From NCBI GenBank assembly GCA_009914755.4, contig CP086569.2:25120001-25184000 (forward strand): a DNA stretch of 64,000 bases, given 5' to 3'. The position numbers were made by a program, and so were the translations under genes. This DNA is from the human T2T-CHM13v2.0 reference genome, Homo sapiens. Shown in pieces: positions 1 to 16,143 of the stretch (position 1 is the stretch's first letter; the number at the start of each line of letters is the position of its first letter). The notes beneath the pieces are model-generated. The model was not told the DNA's origin and made no database searches. It saw only the letters and a list, made by a program, of their open reading frames with translations.

Positions 1-280
1 GAATAAGATAGTGAAATGTGTACTATAAGTGTAACAGGAAGCCTATTTGTGTTATTCTTTACATTAAATAATTAGATTACTAAAATTACCTTTTCCAAAG
101 AAATTTATATTATAAATGCTCCTATGGCAAAAAGAAAAAACCTGGCCTCTGACTTGGAATATAATATAATTATATTAAGTAAGATACATGCTAGAGAGAA
201 AAAAACTATTTTATTTTTTTGTCATGGTAATGAGAAAAAAGACAAGCCATTTTTTTGCAACTTTTAAAATTGACTCCTAA

Positions 281-343
281 GAACAGTAAACAGTAAGCAG
301 TATAACAGTAGACAGTAAACAGTAAACACCAAGCAGTGTAAAT
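281..343. repeat. short tandem repeat, about 7 imperfect units of (A)ACAGTA(A/G)
   Basis: Direct reading: aacagtaaacagtaagcagtataacagtagacagtaaacagtaaacaccaagcagtgtaaa. Confidence 0.7.
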
Positions 344-625
344 ATGTTGCATTTTAGCCAGCTCTGAAAGAAAATGACTGATCATTAGCAAATCAGGCAA
401 ATTTTATTGTTGCCATTGAAAATTGCTTTACCCATCGTGTGTGTTCTTATATTAACAGAATTGAAATCAATTTTGTACTGCCAATTAATATTGCTGTTTT
501 ATAATCACAGGATTCTTGCTTTACCTTCTAAAATGTCCCTGAAAAATGAGTGAACACCAAGTAAGTTTTGTTTTTCTTAAAAAAGGTAGTCATAAAAAAC
601 TGCTCATATTTAGTAAAAATAATGA

Positions 626-775
626 GGTGAGTTGGACATGGTGGTGCATTTCTCTAATCCAAAGTAGTTGGAAGGCTGAGGCAGGAATATTCCTTGAACA
701 TTGGAGTGTGAGGCCTCATTGAGCTATGAGCTATAATCTTCTCACTGTAGTCCAGCCTGTGCCACAGAGCATAAT
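626..775 (+). mobile_element. Old Alu-like monomer fragment (FLAM/AluJ-like)
   Basis: ggtgagttggacatggtggtgcatttc...ggaaggctgaggcaggaatattccttgaacattggagtgtgaggcctcattgagctatga...cagcctgtgccacagagc. This resembles the Alu left monomer and tail but is diverged. Confidence 0.55.
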
Positions 776-2220
776 CCTAAGTATAGAATAACAAATGGAA
801 CTATGAAAAGTAATATAGCATTACTGTGTTTAATTCACTTATAGTAATGCATGGATAGTATATTTAGCAAAACATTTTAAATTGGTAATATGTCAAGAGG
901 TCAGATATTTGAGTCAGATTGCTAGCTAGCCCCTCAACTGGCTAAATCTGTAATAACTGGCAAAGTATTTCTCCTAACTGTAATTTTTTTATTTGTTAAA
1001 TGGATTTACTAAGGTTACCCGCTTAAGAAACTAACTCTAATATTAATTAGATTACCTCAAACACTTGTTCTGAATGGCACATAATAGGCAATAAAATATT
1101 AGCTACTACTATATATAATAAATTCTTTTCATCTGCTTATTTTTAAAGCTCTTAGACCACATAATAAAATTCCAGAAGGCTGGGAAAGGCTGTTAGATAC
1201 AATAGGGTGCCATAAGAGTCACTATCAAAAATGAGCATATCAGTGCATAAAATGTATGGTAGCTTTATTTAGCAGTTATTCCATTGTTTACCATAGTGTT
1301 TTTTCTTACAATTTTGTAGAAGCCTGTGTCAGAATTTGAACTTTTTTAGAAGACAGTAATCATGGATGATTGAAATTAACATTTTAATCTGATACTGGAA
1401 ATTATTCTAAATTCTATTACATTTATATTTGTATTTTCTTTTGAAAGCTAACGGAAATCTTAAAAAGAAAATGGAAACTTCTCTGCCAGGGGAGATACCA
1501 TGATCACAAAGGTGGCTTTCTCAGGGAAAGGCTGATTTATTGCACTCCAGATGTGCTGACCCCTGAGATTTCTCCAAATGTGGGAAACTCAGCTGCATAA
1601 TTTGTGGAAGCGAAGGACTGTGTTTGTGCTTTCATGTGGAAAAAAAATAAAAAAAAAGAAAATTGACTCGTTTAGTGTATATAGAAAGGTGAAAGAAGGC
1701 CATATACTGGAAACAATTCAGTATGTCTACAGAAATTGGTCTCCTCCAGTACAAAACAATAAAACAGCAAGTGGTTATTTCTTAGAAAGATCAAATAGTG
1801 TTAGGATGACATTTGCAAATGCTTGAGAACTTTGTCTAGATAAGGGGGTGGGGGGAAGCCTCCACAGGGCAGCATATAAATCTGGGAAAAAGACAAGTAA
1901 TTTTTAAATGTGTAAGCCAATGTTTATGTATTAATCTTGCCCTGAAAATATTTATTTTGTTAAATGATTAACATTGGTTTGTTTGTTCTTAAAAAGTAAG
2001 TTTCCTTTTGGAAACAACTTGTGTGAAATGGTCTAAAAATGATGTAGCTAAAATAATTCAGATTTTTCCCCTCTATTATAAATCATTTGCAGGAATTGTA
2101 AATATGTTATAGATGTCAGCTTTCTTACATTTCTTAAAAGTTTATTCTAAATGAAGAAAATATAATATAAGGTACAAAGTTACTTTTATAATCAAATTGT
2201 CAATCTTGTTAAATATTTAG

Positions 2221-2322
2221 AATTTCGAGCCAGATGACCAAGATGTCTTAGATGGGCATAAGACCTGTCCAACAGAAGATGCTCCATTATTTCCTCATTC
2301 AACAGGCTCTATGTATCAACAG
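2221..2322 (+). other. Candidate internal coding exon (102 nt, 34 codons, one open frame): [34 protein letters not shown]
   Basis: Acceptor ...ttaaatatttag|AATTTCG. Donor CAACAG|gtaaaat fits the MAG|GTRAGT consensus. Length is a multiple of 3, frame 1 is open, and the other two frames hit stops early. The gene is not recognised. Confidence 0.25.
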
Positions 2323-2799
2323 GTAAAATAAAAATAATAATAATAATTTTCTTTTTCAAACTTATTTTGATGCTTTACTTATGTAGTCTTCAATTATTAT
2401 TTTCTTACATATTTTGTAACATATCAGCTGTGACTGCAAATTAAGAAAAAATTATCTAGGACAGCTTTGACAAGATGATCAGAAGAATAGTTTAAGTGGG
2501 GTCATGTTTTATTTTACCCTTGTGATTTTTTTATTTTTTTTTTTTGTAACTAGGTACTACCTTGTCCTAGTTCATAAAAAGTGTGATATTTCAATAAGAG
2601 CATAAAGCAATTTATTTACATTTTCTCAAAATCCAGTGAGAGTAAAAATTAACAATTTTAACAGCTGTAATACAAAGTATACTTAAAAAAATACTCACCA
2701 AAAATATAAACAAAAACCATTTATAAGCACTTCTCAGTTGAAACAAATATTTTTGTTAAAATATTCTAGGAAGATTAGCCACAACATAAGTAAGGTAGT

Positions 2800-2867
2800 T
2801 TTCTTTTCACTTTCCTTTTTCTTTCTTTTTTTCTTTTCTTTTCTTTCCTTCCTTCCTTCCTTCCTTC

Positions 2868-2922
<55 letters not shown>

Positions 2923-3065
2923 TCCTTTCTTGTTTCATTTCCTTCCTTCCTTCTTTCCTTCCTTCCTTCCCACATTCCTTCCTTCCTTCTTCCTTCCTTT
3001 TTTGCTACCTTCCTTTTTTCTTTCCTCCCTTCCTTCCTTGCTTCCTTCCTTCCTTTCTTTTTTTA
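2800..3065. repeat. Long compound microsatellite (TTTC)n/(TTCC)n, equivalent to (GAAA)n/(GGAA)n on the - strand
   Basis: About 265 bp of ctttc/ccttcc units lying directly beside the poly-A end of the minus-strand Alu at 3066-3349. It is probably an expanded Alu A-tail. ORFs 2738..3145(+) and 2775..3138(-) are low-complexity translations of this repeat. Confidence 0.9.
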
Positions 3066-3349
3066 TTTTGATAGAGTTTTGCTCTGTTGTCTGGGCTGAA
3101 GTGCTATGTTTGCGATCTTGGCTCACTACAATTTCCACCTTCTGAATTCCAGCTATTCTCCTGCCTTATCCTCCCAAGTAGCTGGGATTAGAATCATGCA
3201 TCACCACACCTGGCTAATTTTGTATTTTTGGTAGAGAAAGTGTTTCACTGTGTTGGCCAGGGTGGTCTGGATCTCCTGACCTCACAATCCACCCACCTCG
3301 GCCTCTCAAAGTGCTGGGATTACAGATTGTTAGCCATTGCACCTGGCCA
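3066..3349 (-). mobile_element. Alu (full length, AluS-like)
   Basis: Reverse-complement Alu: gagttttgctctgttgtctgggctgaagtgc...cctcccaagtagctgggatta...ggccagggtggtctggatctcctgacctca...gtgctgggattacagattgttagccattgcacctggcc. Confidence 0.9.
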
Positions 3350-4682
3350 GGTTAATCATTTAAAGCTTTTCTTGTAACATTTAGCATGACTTCTCATCAA
3401 GTTCATGTAGCCAAGAAATGGAATTACCTAAATTACAGCAGGTGCCCAGAGTAACAGCTGTATTGCTCAGAAACCTTATTTTATCACCAGAAAAAAATAT
3501 AAAACAGGGGAAAAATGTAAAAAAACAAGGATATTTTCATTCTACATTTTCTTTACATTTAATGTTTGATAGTTTAATTTCTTGTTAAGATAAAGAATAT
3601 GGATATATTTTTAATAGAAATTCTAAAATATTAAAACCAATCTGCACAAGTTTCATATGTCACAATGTGTGGAGCATGGTAGGTTGTATTTTGTGCTTGG
3701 GGCACTGTTGTGGTAGAATTTATTAAGTGATGCTTCTAAAATTTGGTTTCATCTAATCCCATGAAGTGCATATCATCAGAATCCACATACTTTGAAGTAC
3801 CATTGCGCCAAGATTTCTGACTGCTTTGATAGCCAGGCACAATTTTCCTTGAAATCAGTAAGTCTCCTAGTTTATTTCTATATTATTTTAAAGCTTTTGT
3901 TGTTAGATGTGGTGTTCACTGAAGATATAAATGCCTTCTGATTTTAAAAAAATTTGTATTTTTTTTTAATTTCCTGTAATATCTCTATGCCCATTGTTGG
4001 AAACAATAGGATGTGAAGTGTGTTGCGTAGCTTGAGGAACAGTAATTGGTTTGTTCAAATTGGTTAGAATATACTATGTTTTTAAATCTTTTTATAGTAT
4101 ATGAGCATTAGCATTGACCACTATGAATGCCAAATGCAGTCTACATTAGTCAAGACCTATAAATACACTATCAGGGCTACTGATATTTGTACATTTTAGT
4201 CCAACTATGTTATGGCCCTTCCTATTTGGCCTATTGTTATTTGCCATCTACATTTCTCTTCTGGCCTAGACTTAGATTTTGGAATTTCTGTTCCTTAGAG
4301 AGTACAAGAGAAATATGTGTAGATTAATGCTATCTCTGCATTACTGCTGCACCTCTATAAGTTTGCCACCTCAAGTAAATACATCATGTTGTCCTGGTTC
4401 CAGTCACCTCCCAATCATCCTGGAGAGGATACTTCAAATGGAAATCAACATGTCCTTCTTTAATGTACCTCTTAAATTTTTAATATTATGCAGATGTCAG
4501 GATGTCACTCGGCCCATTGAAAGTACAAGTGTCACATACTGGCATCTGCTTGAAAGTCCAGTTTTCTACTGTTCATGTGGCCAGGACATTCATTATTATT
4601 TACTACTCATGCATTCAGACAATTGTCTTTGTAAAATAATAGTTTAAAGTTTTAATCCTTCATTTAAAAAAAAAACAGCATG

Positions 4683-5088
4683 CAATTTCATCCATGTCCC
4701 TACAAAGGACATGAAACTCATCATTTTTTATGGCTGCATAGTATTCCATGGTGTATATGTGATCATTCTCAGTAAACTATCGCAAGAACAAAAAACCAAA
4801 CACCGCATATTCTCACTCATAGGTGGGAATTGAACAATGAGATCACATGGACACAGGAAGGGGAATATCACACTCTGGGGACTGTGGTGGGGTGGGGGGA
4901 GGGGGCAGGGATAGCATTAGGAGATATACCTAATGCTAAATGACGAGTTAGTGGGTGCAGCGCACCAGCATGGCACATGTATACATATGTAACTAACCTG
5001 CACAATGTGCACATGTACCCCAAAACTTAAAGTATAATAAAAAAAAAAAGAAAAGAAAAAAAAAGAAAATGAAAAAAAAAAAAAAAAA
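4683..5088 (+). mobile_element. Young L1 (L1PA/L1HS-like) 3'-end insertion with an 80 bp 5' inversion (twin priming) and a poly-A tail of about 50 nt
   Basis: 4683-4762 is the reverse complement of the L1 ORF2 end (caatttcatccatgtccctacaaaggacatgaaactcatcattttttatggctgcatagtattccatggtgtatatgtg). 4763-5037 is forward L1 (atcattctcagtaaactatcgcaagaac...gggagggggcagggatagcattaggagatatacctaatgctaaatgacgagttagtgggtgcagcgcaccagcatggcacatgtatacatatgtaactaacctgcacaatgtgcacatgtacccc). About 6 bp (GAAACC) are missing at the breakpoint. The A-rich tail runs 5038-5088. Confidence 0.9.
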
Positions 5089-8000
5089 GCAGCCTGCAGT
5101 TCAATCATTGAGCTAATTTGCTCATTCCATCTTCAATTGGTCTTTTTATTTCTGGTCTCTGTGAAAGCCTGCCAACAGGATATTGTTCATCCACCTTGAA
5201 ACTGTCATTTGTCAACCAAGCAGGTTGTTGTAGTCAATAGGGAGCTCTTCAAAGGGCATTGCCCATGTAAGAGTGGGATCCAGTAATTCCTGTGGTTGTT
5301 CCAAATTTGATGCTAGAAAATACCAGACTATTTGCCCTTGAACAGGATAAGCACCTCCTTGCACTTCCCTGTTAACATTGTACTCTATAAAGCCATCTTT
5401 TATGTTATTTTGGAAGTCTGAGCACTTCCTCATTAAACTGTTTCCTTAATATGCCCAACACCTTATGGGTGTTCCAAATTCTATAATTATTTTACGGTCT
5501 TCTGTCAAAGAAGCAGTCTCAATACCAAGGCAAGACAAGCTAGTAATTATCTTTCCAATGGCACATATTGTTTCATGGCATCCAGGAGTGCCCTGGACCA
5601 CAATTTCCAGCTAATGCTGAAGAGGGGCATGTGTGGGTTTTCTGCCATGGCCTCACTGTGCCCAGGAACATGTTGCAAGTACTTCTAAAATCAGAATTTG
5701 GATCACAAAGACCCAATGTGTAGAGAGAAAGAGCATTTTACCATTCAGAAATGGCCAGCTTTAGTGAAATTTCTTATTTAAATAGACCACCATTTATTGT
5801 TTTTAAATGGATGCATTATAATTTTACATATTTACAAAGTAGAACTATTATTTGTATACACGCACACAACGACAGATGACCAAATCTTTAAATGTCATAT
5901 TAGTAATTGGTATATTAGTAATTTCAGACATATATGACATATTTGTTTAAAGAACATTCCGAATCTAAACGTCTAGTTGTTTTGAAATCTACAAGAAATT
6001 ATTCATACCTATAATATCCCTCCCACACAATCAAACTTTAAAACCTATTCCTTCTAATTGTGTTTTTTATCCATTAACTGACTCACTTATTTGCTTGCTC
6101 AATGTCTTTCGCAGCCTATAATAAACTGTCATTCTATTCTCTGCCTTCATGAGATCAACTTTGTTATTTCTCAAATATGAATAAAAACATGCAATCCTTG
6201 TCCCTTATATTTCCTGGCTAATTTCACTTAATATAATGTCCCTTATAGGAAGCCTTTTTCTGAGTAATGTTCAGTTAATGTATTGAGGTTTTTATAAAAC
6301 TGAAATAATCACTCACTTAAAATTTAACTTGTTACCAAAATTCTTTGGGTATATAGGACTGTAGTTTGAAAATAGCTAAATGAACAAAGATGTCTTGAAG
6401 GTGCCTTAGGACACTAATATTGTACTCTTTTCTACCTCCTGTCTTACTTAACTCTGATTTGTCTTCAAATTAATAAAAATATTCTAGTAAATTATCTTGG
6501 GGATCAACATTAAACGCCAAAAGAAATCAGTAATGCACTAATTTAACTTTACAAATATAAGGAAAGAAGTTGCAACCAATACCAAAAGTTACCGAATAAA
6601 ATGATATATTTTTATACTCCTAATTTTCAAAGTACTTAATTTATTTTTTAATTTTTACTATTATTGCTTATTTCAAACATGGGCTATTATAATTGAGTTC
6701 ACAGAAAAGTTATTATAAAAGAGTAATAAAATAATAACATACACTGGAAGTAATATAGTAAAGTTTGAACAAGTAGGCAGGAGTAAAGACAAGTGAGTCA
6801 TCTGCCATGAGTAACTTTTGGGGAATAAGTAACTTTTTGGGGAATAAGTTACTGAGTCTTTCTAGGATTCAGTATCTTCTTTTGAGAATAATGTGTTTTC
6901 CAAATTAGATAAGATTATTTACATGGTGAAATCAGAATTATTAACACTCAGTAAGTATATCTATTAACCATAGTTGTGGAAGGAAAGGGAGCATAGACAG
7001 AAGCTCCAATAGTCAAAACATGATTGTAGCCATAAAGCAAAATACAGTTGGTTTACTAGTATGTAAGACATTTCTGTGTTTTTCATTTTGTCTTAGGTTT
7101 GTGACAAAGAAGTAAATAATATCCAATTCCTGCCCTGGAGAAGCTGACTGCATAGAAAAAGGAACAAGGCAGATATACATGCCAGAGTACAGTGCTGAGA
7201 AAACATAAAGCACAACCAACCAAGTACAAAGGTAAGACATCAAATCTGAAATTTTATATTCTGTCTGTTTCATTTGTTTCTTGCTGGTATGGTTAACCAT
7301 CTTTATATGTGTTAAATTCAACACCCTAGGGGTCACACATGCTATAGTACCAGAACTTACATTCCAATTTTTCTTCCAATAGTGGCTGTTAACCAAGTAT
7401 TGGTGAATATCATATATGAAGACTCTACTAAAAGTAAAGCTACCCCGACTGTGATGCTTGGATTGTATAATTTACCGGATCTAGCAAAGAGAAAGACAGT
7501 GTGTGTTTTGTAATCTCTATAAATGATAAGTATGGAGACACTAGTAGCTGAAAGACAAATTATTTCTGCCCACTGAAAGGAAAAAAATGAAGAAATTGTA
7601 GGAAAACCATTTACTACAGTTAAAATATACTGATCTTAAAATTTAGTTTCTATCAGTGTCTATAAAGAAAAGTAAAAATATAATAACAATAATAAAGAGT
7701 TTGAGTATAAACAGCAAAATTCAGGTATTCCATATTCACTTATTTGGAGGTATGCCCTAAATAGGTGATCTATCAGTATAACTTAACTTTTTCACTGCTT
7801 TATTTTCAAATGAATACTTTTCATAGGCAGTTTGATGATAATTCTTAACTAATATTTTTTACAAGTTCACATAGCAAATTTGAAGAATAAATTTTTTTCT
7901 TTAGCAGGAAAACCTCGCATTTGAGAAAAATATTAGAGAATTTAAATAGAAGCACATCTTATGATACACAGACAATATAAATATTCAGTCATAGTATCTC

Positions 8001-8220
8001 AGAGATTTTAGCCATATTATGAAAAGTAATTCCCACATAATTCTTTTAAAGTAAAATAATTTCAGAGATAAAAACAGTAGCTGCTATCAGAATCTTCAAG
8101 GTAATAGTAATTAATAATTAGAATTTACCTCACTGTTCTGCTTCTCATCTTCATAAAATCATTGTCTGTATTTTTACCTATGCATTCAATTGCAAGAATA
8201 CTGTCTCCATTGGAATATAT

Positions 8221-8260
8221 ATACACACACAAACACACACACACACACATATATATATGG
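8221..8260. repeat. (CA)n/(TA)n dinucleotide microsatellite
   Basis: atacacacacaaacacacacacacacacatatatatatgg. Confidence 0.9.
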
Positions 8261-9327
8261 CTGCTGGATCACAGAATTCATGTGATAAAAAGTACCAACA
8301 TTTTGAAGTCCCACGAGATTTTCTGGTGGGTGAGATATAAGAGGGAGCAGATATTCCCATTCAAAAAGTGCTTCACAACCTGAGATAAGAAGAAAAAATA
8401 ATGCTTGTACTATGAAAATAATAATTCTGCCTACTCTTATTTCCATCAACTGACAATATTAACAACAACTCATCAACAAAGCATCAACACAGTCATTTTG
8501 AAAGAACACTTTGAATTTTCATATTAACAACAAATAGAGTGACCATATAGATTTTTAACTACAGACCCCTTAGTTCTGTATTTTAATGATATTACATCTA
8601 TTTGTTAAAAAAAGTGTTTGTTTAAAAAAAATCTCTTTAGAATATATATATAAACTGTGCCAATTCAGTTGTTAAATAAATTAACAAAATGAGTTTTTAA
8701 AAAGGAAATGCTTCTCTCTACATAGATCCCACAAGACAAAGATCGGACCTTTTAAGGAGTGAGTTTAGCTAGAAACTCCTACAATGTGGTAGAAAATATA
8801 GTCACCCAAAGAAAAATATACATGAATATAATTTCACATTTTCCAATAAAAGATCTGTACAGAATGCTATTGTTAATTGTATTCTAACCTTCACTTTTCT
8901 CTTGAAATAAACTAAATTTTGTTATCATTCGTTAATTTACTTATATTACTTCCCAACCTGAGTTTCAGTTCTGTGTAAGATTTTAACATTGCTACTTACT
9001 TTTTTAGCATGATGTGGACATTTAGAAGTAATAAAATGCACTCAAAAGTTCTCTTCTCACATTATGATTTTTAAAGCCATACCTCTGTTATACTTTAACT
9101 AAAATAACATTAAGCAGCTTCAAGGCTTGGGTTATGAAAATATTTTTAATGCATACATTTTAAATATAAACATAACACTAACTTCGGCTTCCCATTACTC
9201 TGAGGTTTCAGTATTTTTTAACACATGATTCAATAAAACCCACTTTGGTTACCAACACCAAATATAGGGGAGCACTTAAGAAATACATATTTTTTAAATT
9301 TACTATTGTCTGACATAAATGGTTTTA

Positions 9328-12135
<2,808 letters not shown>

Positions 12136-12338
12136 GACATAAAGGGTTTTAAATATATATCTGATGGCTACCAAATGTTCAACTAGTTGATCAAAAGCAA
12201 GCAAAAAAATCATGTGCTAATTTTTTTCCAAATGAAAATATACTTTCAAAGTAAAGTATTATTAATGAACAAAACAGTTTTATAATTTAAAAACTCAGTA
12301 TGCATTGCCTTATGTATGTAATGTATTTCTTTCAAAGT

Positions 12339-12605
12339 GAGGAGTTTGAGACCAGCCTAGGCAACATGAGGAAACCCGTGTGTACTAAAAATGTTAAAAA
12401 ATAATAAAAAAAATACTGCCATTTGGACTGGTGGGTGACTGTGGTCCCAGCTACTCAGTTGGCTGATGCAGGAGAATTGCTTGAACCTGAGATGCAGAGG
12501 TTGCAGTGAACCAAGATCCTGTCACTCCAGGTTGAGCAACAGAACAAGATTTAATCACAATTCACCCACCTGCCACAAACAAAAAATAAATAAATAAGAA
12601 AAATA
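12339..12605 (+). mobile_element. Alu, 5'-truncated, with an A-rich tail
   Basis: ggagtttgagaccagcctaggcaacatgaggaaacccgtg...ggtcccagctactcagttggctgatgcaggagaattgcttgaacctgagatgcagaggttgcagtgaacc, followed by an aaacaaaaaataaataaataag tail. Confidence 0.85.
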
Positions 12606-13681
12606 AAAGGATCGAATCAACTGTGAATATATCAGGTATTGATAATGCCAGTTCACCTAACAAAAGAGAAAAATCCATGTACTGATGGAACTTATATTTT
12701 GGCTTTAATGGAAAGTAGTGACAAAATCTAGTGATTTTATTTTTAAGTCAGAAGGATAAGGATGGTGGGTTCATTTATTAGCAGGGGAATAGTATAAACT
12801 CAAAGGGGATTTGAGCAAATTTCTTGAAACAACAAAGAGAGCAAAACCTCTGATGTTGTAGTGTATACTAAGACTCTGAACAAGAAAGAGTATGGTAGAA
12901 GAAGATATGCAAAAGAGAATGAGAAGAAAATAATATATGGTTGTTTGTTACATTATAAAAACCATGGTTTAAGCTTAGGAAAAAGTGAAGCCGGGATTGA
13001 ATATTAATAGGTAGAATTATTTTAAGGTAAGGACAACATTATATATTTAAATAATAGTGATGATTGCAAAACATTGGGAATATCTTGGAAATCATTGAAT
13101 GCATACTTTAAAATTGTTAATTTTATAGTATCTGAAATATAACTCACATAGTTTAATAGAAGTAATAGTGTAATCGTTGTAATAGCAGAAGGTAGGAGAT
13201 CACTAAAGTGGCTGAGTTAATCAGATAAGAAATGTGGATAACCTGTATCTTGCTGACAGCAGGAGAAATAGGTAAAAGTGTTTAGATTCTTGACCTGTTT
13301 TAAAAGGAAAACATGCAGAATTTGAGGATTAATAGAAACGATGAGATAAAAAGCATGTAGGATGACATTACAGTTATAGGCCTTTGCAACAGGATGTAAT
13401 TACTATGAAGTGAAATGGGAAACACTTGGGGAAAGTTGTTAGGAAGTAGCATCAAAATTCAGTGTGTAGCCTTGAGACAAGATTGCCTGTTAAACATGAG
13501 TATGTGCAATAGAGTCATATGTGATTTGGGCTTTGGTAAGAGATTGGCTGGAGATAACAATTTGGGACTCACAATATCATTCAGAAATCCATTGTACAAG
13601 AAGAGATAACTGGAAGATTGAGCGTAAATTCATCAGCAATAATTTAAGGAAGAGGATGACTAAGAAACAACGGTTATATTT

Positions 13682-13990
13682 GGCCAGGCCTGGTGGCTCA
13701 CACCTCCAGTGCCAGCACTATGGGAGCCTGAGGCAGGCAGACGGCTTGACCCCAGGAACTCAAGTCCAGACTGAGATACACGGAGAGGCCCTGTTTCTAC
13801 CAGAAGTAGCTAGTCTGCGTGGCCTGTAGTCACAGTCAAGCAGGAGGCTGATGTGGAAAGATCACTTGAGCACGGGAGGTTGAGGCTGCAGTGAGTTCTT
13901 GATCTCACCACTGCACTCCAGCCTGGACAACAGAGGCAGACCCTGTCTCAATAAACAAACAGACAACAAAGACTAGAAATTAAAAAAAAA
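13682..13990 (+). mobile_element. Alu (older, AluJ/S-like)
   Basis: ggccaggcctggtggctcacacctccagtgccagcactatgggagcctgaggcagg...cactgcactccagcctggacaacagaggcagaccctgtctcaataaacaaac...aaaaaaaaa. Confidence 0.85.
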
Positions 13991-15745
13991 CTATTATTAT
14001 ATTAGTCAAAACAAAGTGGATTATTTTAAATATACAACATATTTGGTAGACTGTTGGGGATGAAAGCCTGCCTGGTAAAGGTAAGTGGAATTTTCAAATG
14101 ACAGCATATCACCAATGGTAAAAAGATTCACCTGAAATTCAAGGTAACATTTTAAATTTAGCAATTAGGGTGTCACTGATTACCTTTGAGAAAGGACTGT
14201 GACTTCATTGTTGTGGGATAAAACCTGAGACAATAAGAACTGATGGAAAGAAAATAGCTAATAGAAATTCTCTGTGGAAATTAAAAGCAGACAAAAAAGT
14301 CAGTACCAAAGGAGACGGTTTTTGTTGTGTGTCATAAAATATGGAGTTTTTTTATACATATGTGATTAGGAAATCAAGGCAGTGAAGAAGAGGATAAAAA
14401 ATTACACGAAAGAGGAAAGGATCAATCATATTGATGGGCTGAGTCCAGGAGGATGTATTTTAAAATGTGATAAAGGTTTTGTCTTTGAATAAATAAGTGC
14501 ATATAGATATAGGTATGATTTAGATCATAGTAACAAACAACAGAAGTTGAGGAATTTAATACTCTGCAGCATAAAACTTAACAAATTAGAGGAAATGATT
14601 TTTATGATAAGCTATGAGAATAAAAGCAATGCAAAGAAAGTTCAGGAAATGAACATCTTATCAAATAAAAATAATATAGGCAACTTCTTGATTCTTCTCT
14701 CCCACTTTTTTAAACTACTACTTCTATTTTTCCTATTGATATATTTTAATAAATGACCAATATCTTCTGGGGAAATATTATGCTTTCTCTCTGGTAATTT
14801 GCATTAGCTTCTTACACATTTCATGCTCTTTTCTCATATTAACAGCACTTTTAGTCAGAAATATTTTCGTCTAAATTCTGTTCCAATATTTACTTGATTT
14901 TAAACAACTGTTGCCTTTTATCTTCCTTCTTATTCATTTTTGCTGAATATTGCTTCCCACCCATAATGACTAATTGAATTTCACAATATATCAGTAATTT
15001 CTCTGACAGTTTGTCTAGAAATAATCTAATATGAGCTATTTTGCCACCCCCCTCAAACAAAAGAGACTTTAGATCTTCTCTAGCCATGCAAAGTCTGGAT
15101 TTCACATCTATTTAAATTGAAACTTTACTTGATTAATAACTTCATAGCATTAAATCAAGCCAAGAAACAGTATACTAAATGCAAAATGACCAACATCTAA
15201 CAATTAGTGGAACTTAAACGGCTCACTGTTTTGTATTCCTTTCCGAATCAGAAATATCTGCTAGATAGTTTTCTTAGTGTCATCATGGTTAGACTGGGCT
15301 TATCCCTTGTGAAGTTTTGTTTTAGTCGATGTCAGCCACACACGCTGGCTGAAGAACACAAAAAGAAAACTAATGAGAAATATACACCTTTTTTCATACT
15401 ACCTGAAGACAGGACTATCATCTTGGTGTTAAGAGGTAGTTAATGCCTCGTAGAAGTTTGATTGTCTATTTCCTTAAAACAATGTTTGCTGAATAAATAA
15501 TATGTCAAGTTATTTGACATATTGACTAAATTATGTCAAATAGTTTAATTGCTTTAATTGACTCAATTATGTCAAATGGTGGTTCAATATTTCCTAAACC
15601 AGACATCGATTTTTTTTTATTGTGATTAGTGATACATATTTACCTTTCTGCATTTTCCATGAATAGTGAATTATACAGAATCTTGTTTTCTTCTGTTTCG
15701 ATTTGATAGCGAACTATACTAGATTCACTGACAAGAAGAGTTTGA

Positions 15746-15937
<192 letters not shown>

Positions 15938-15951
15938 TGAAAAGCTAGTGA

Positions 15952-16143
<192 letters not shown>

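Noticed and set aside
2738-3145. 135-aa + strand ORF (FFLSFFLSFFL...) and overlapping - strand ORFs (KERKKERKKE...)
   Set aside because: These are pure translations of the (TTTC/TTCC)n microsatellite. They are low-complexity and not genes.
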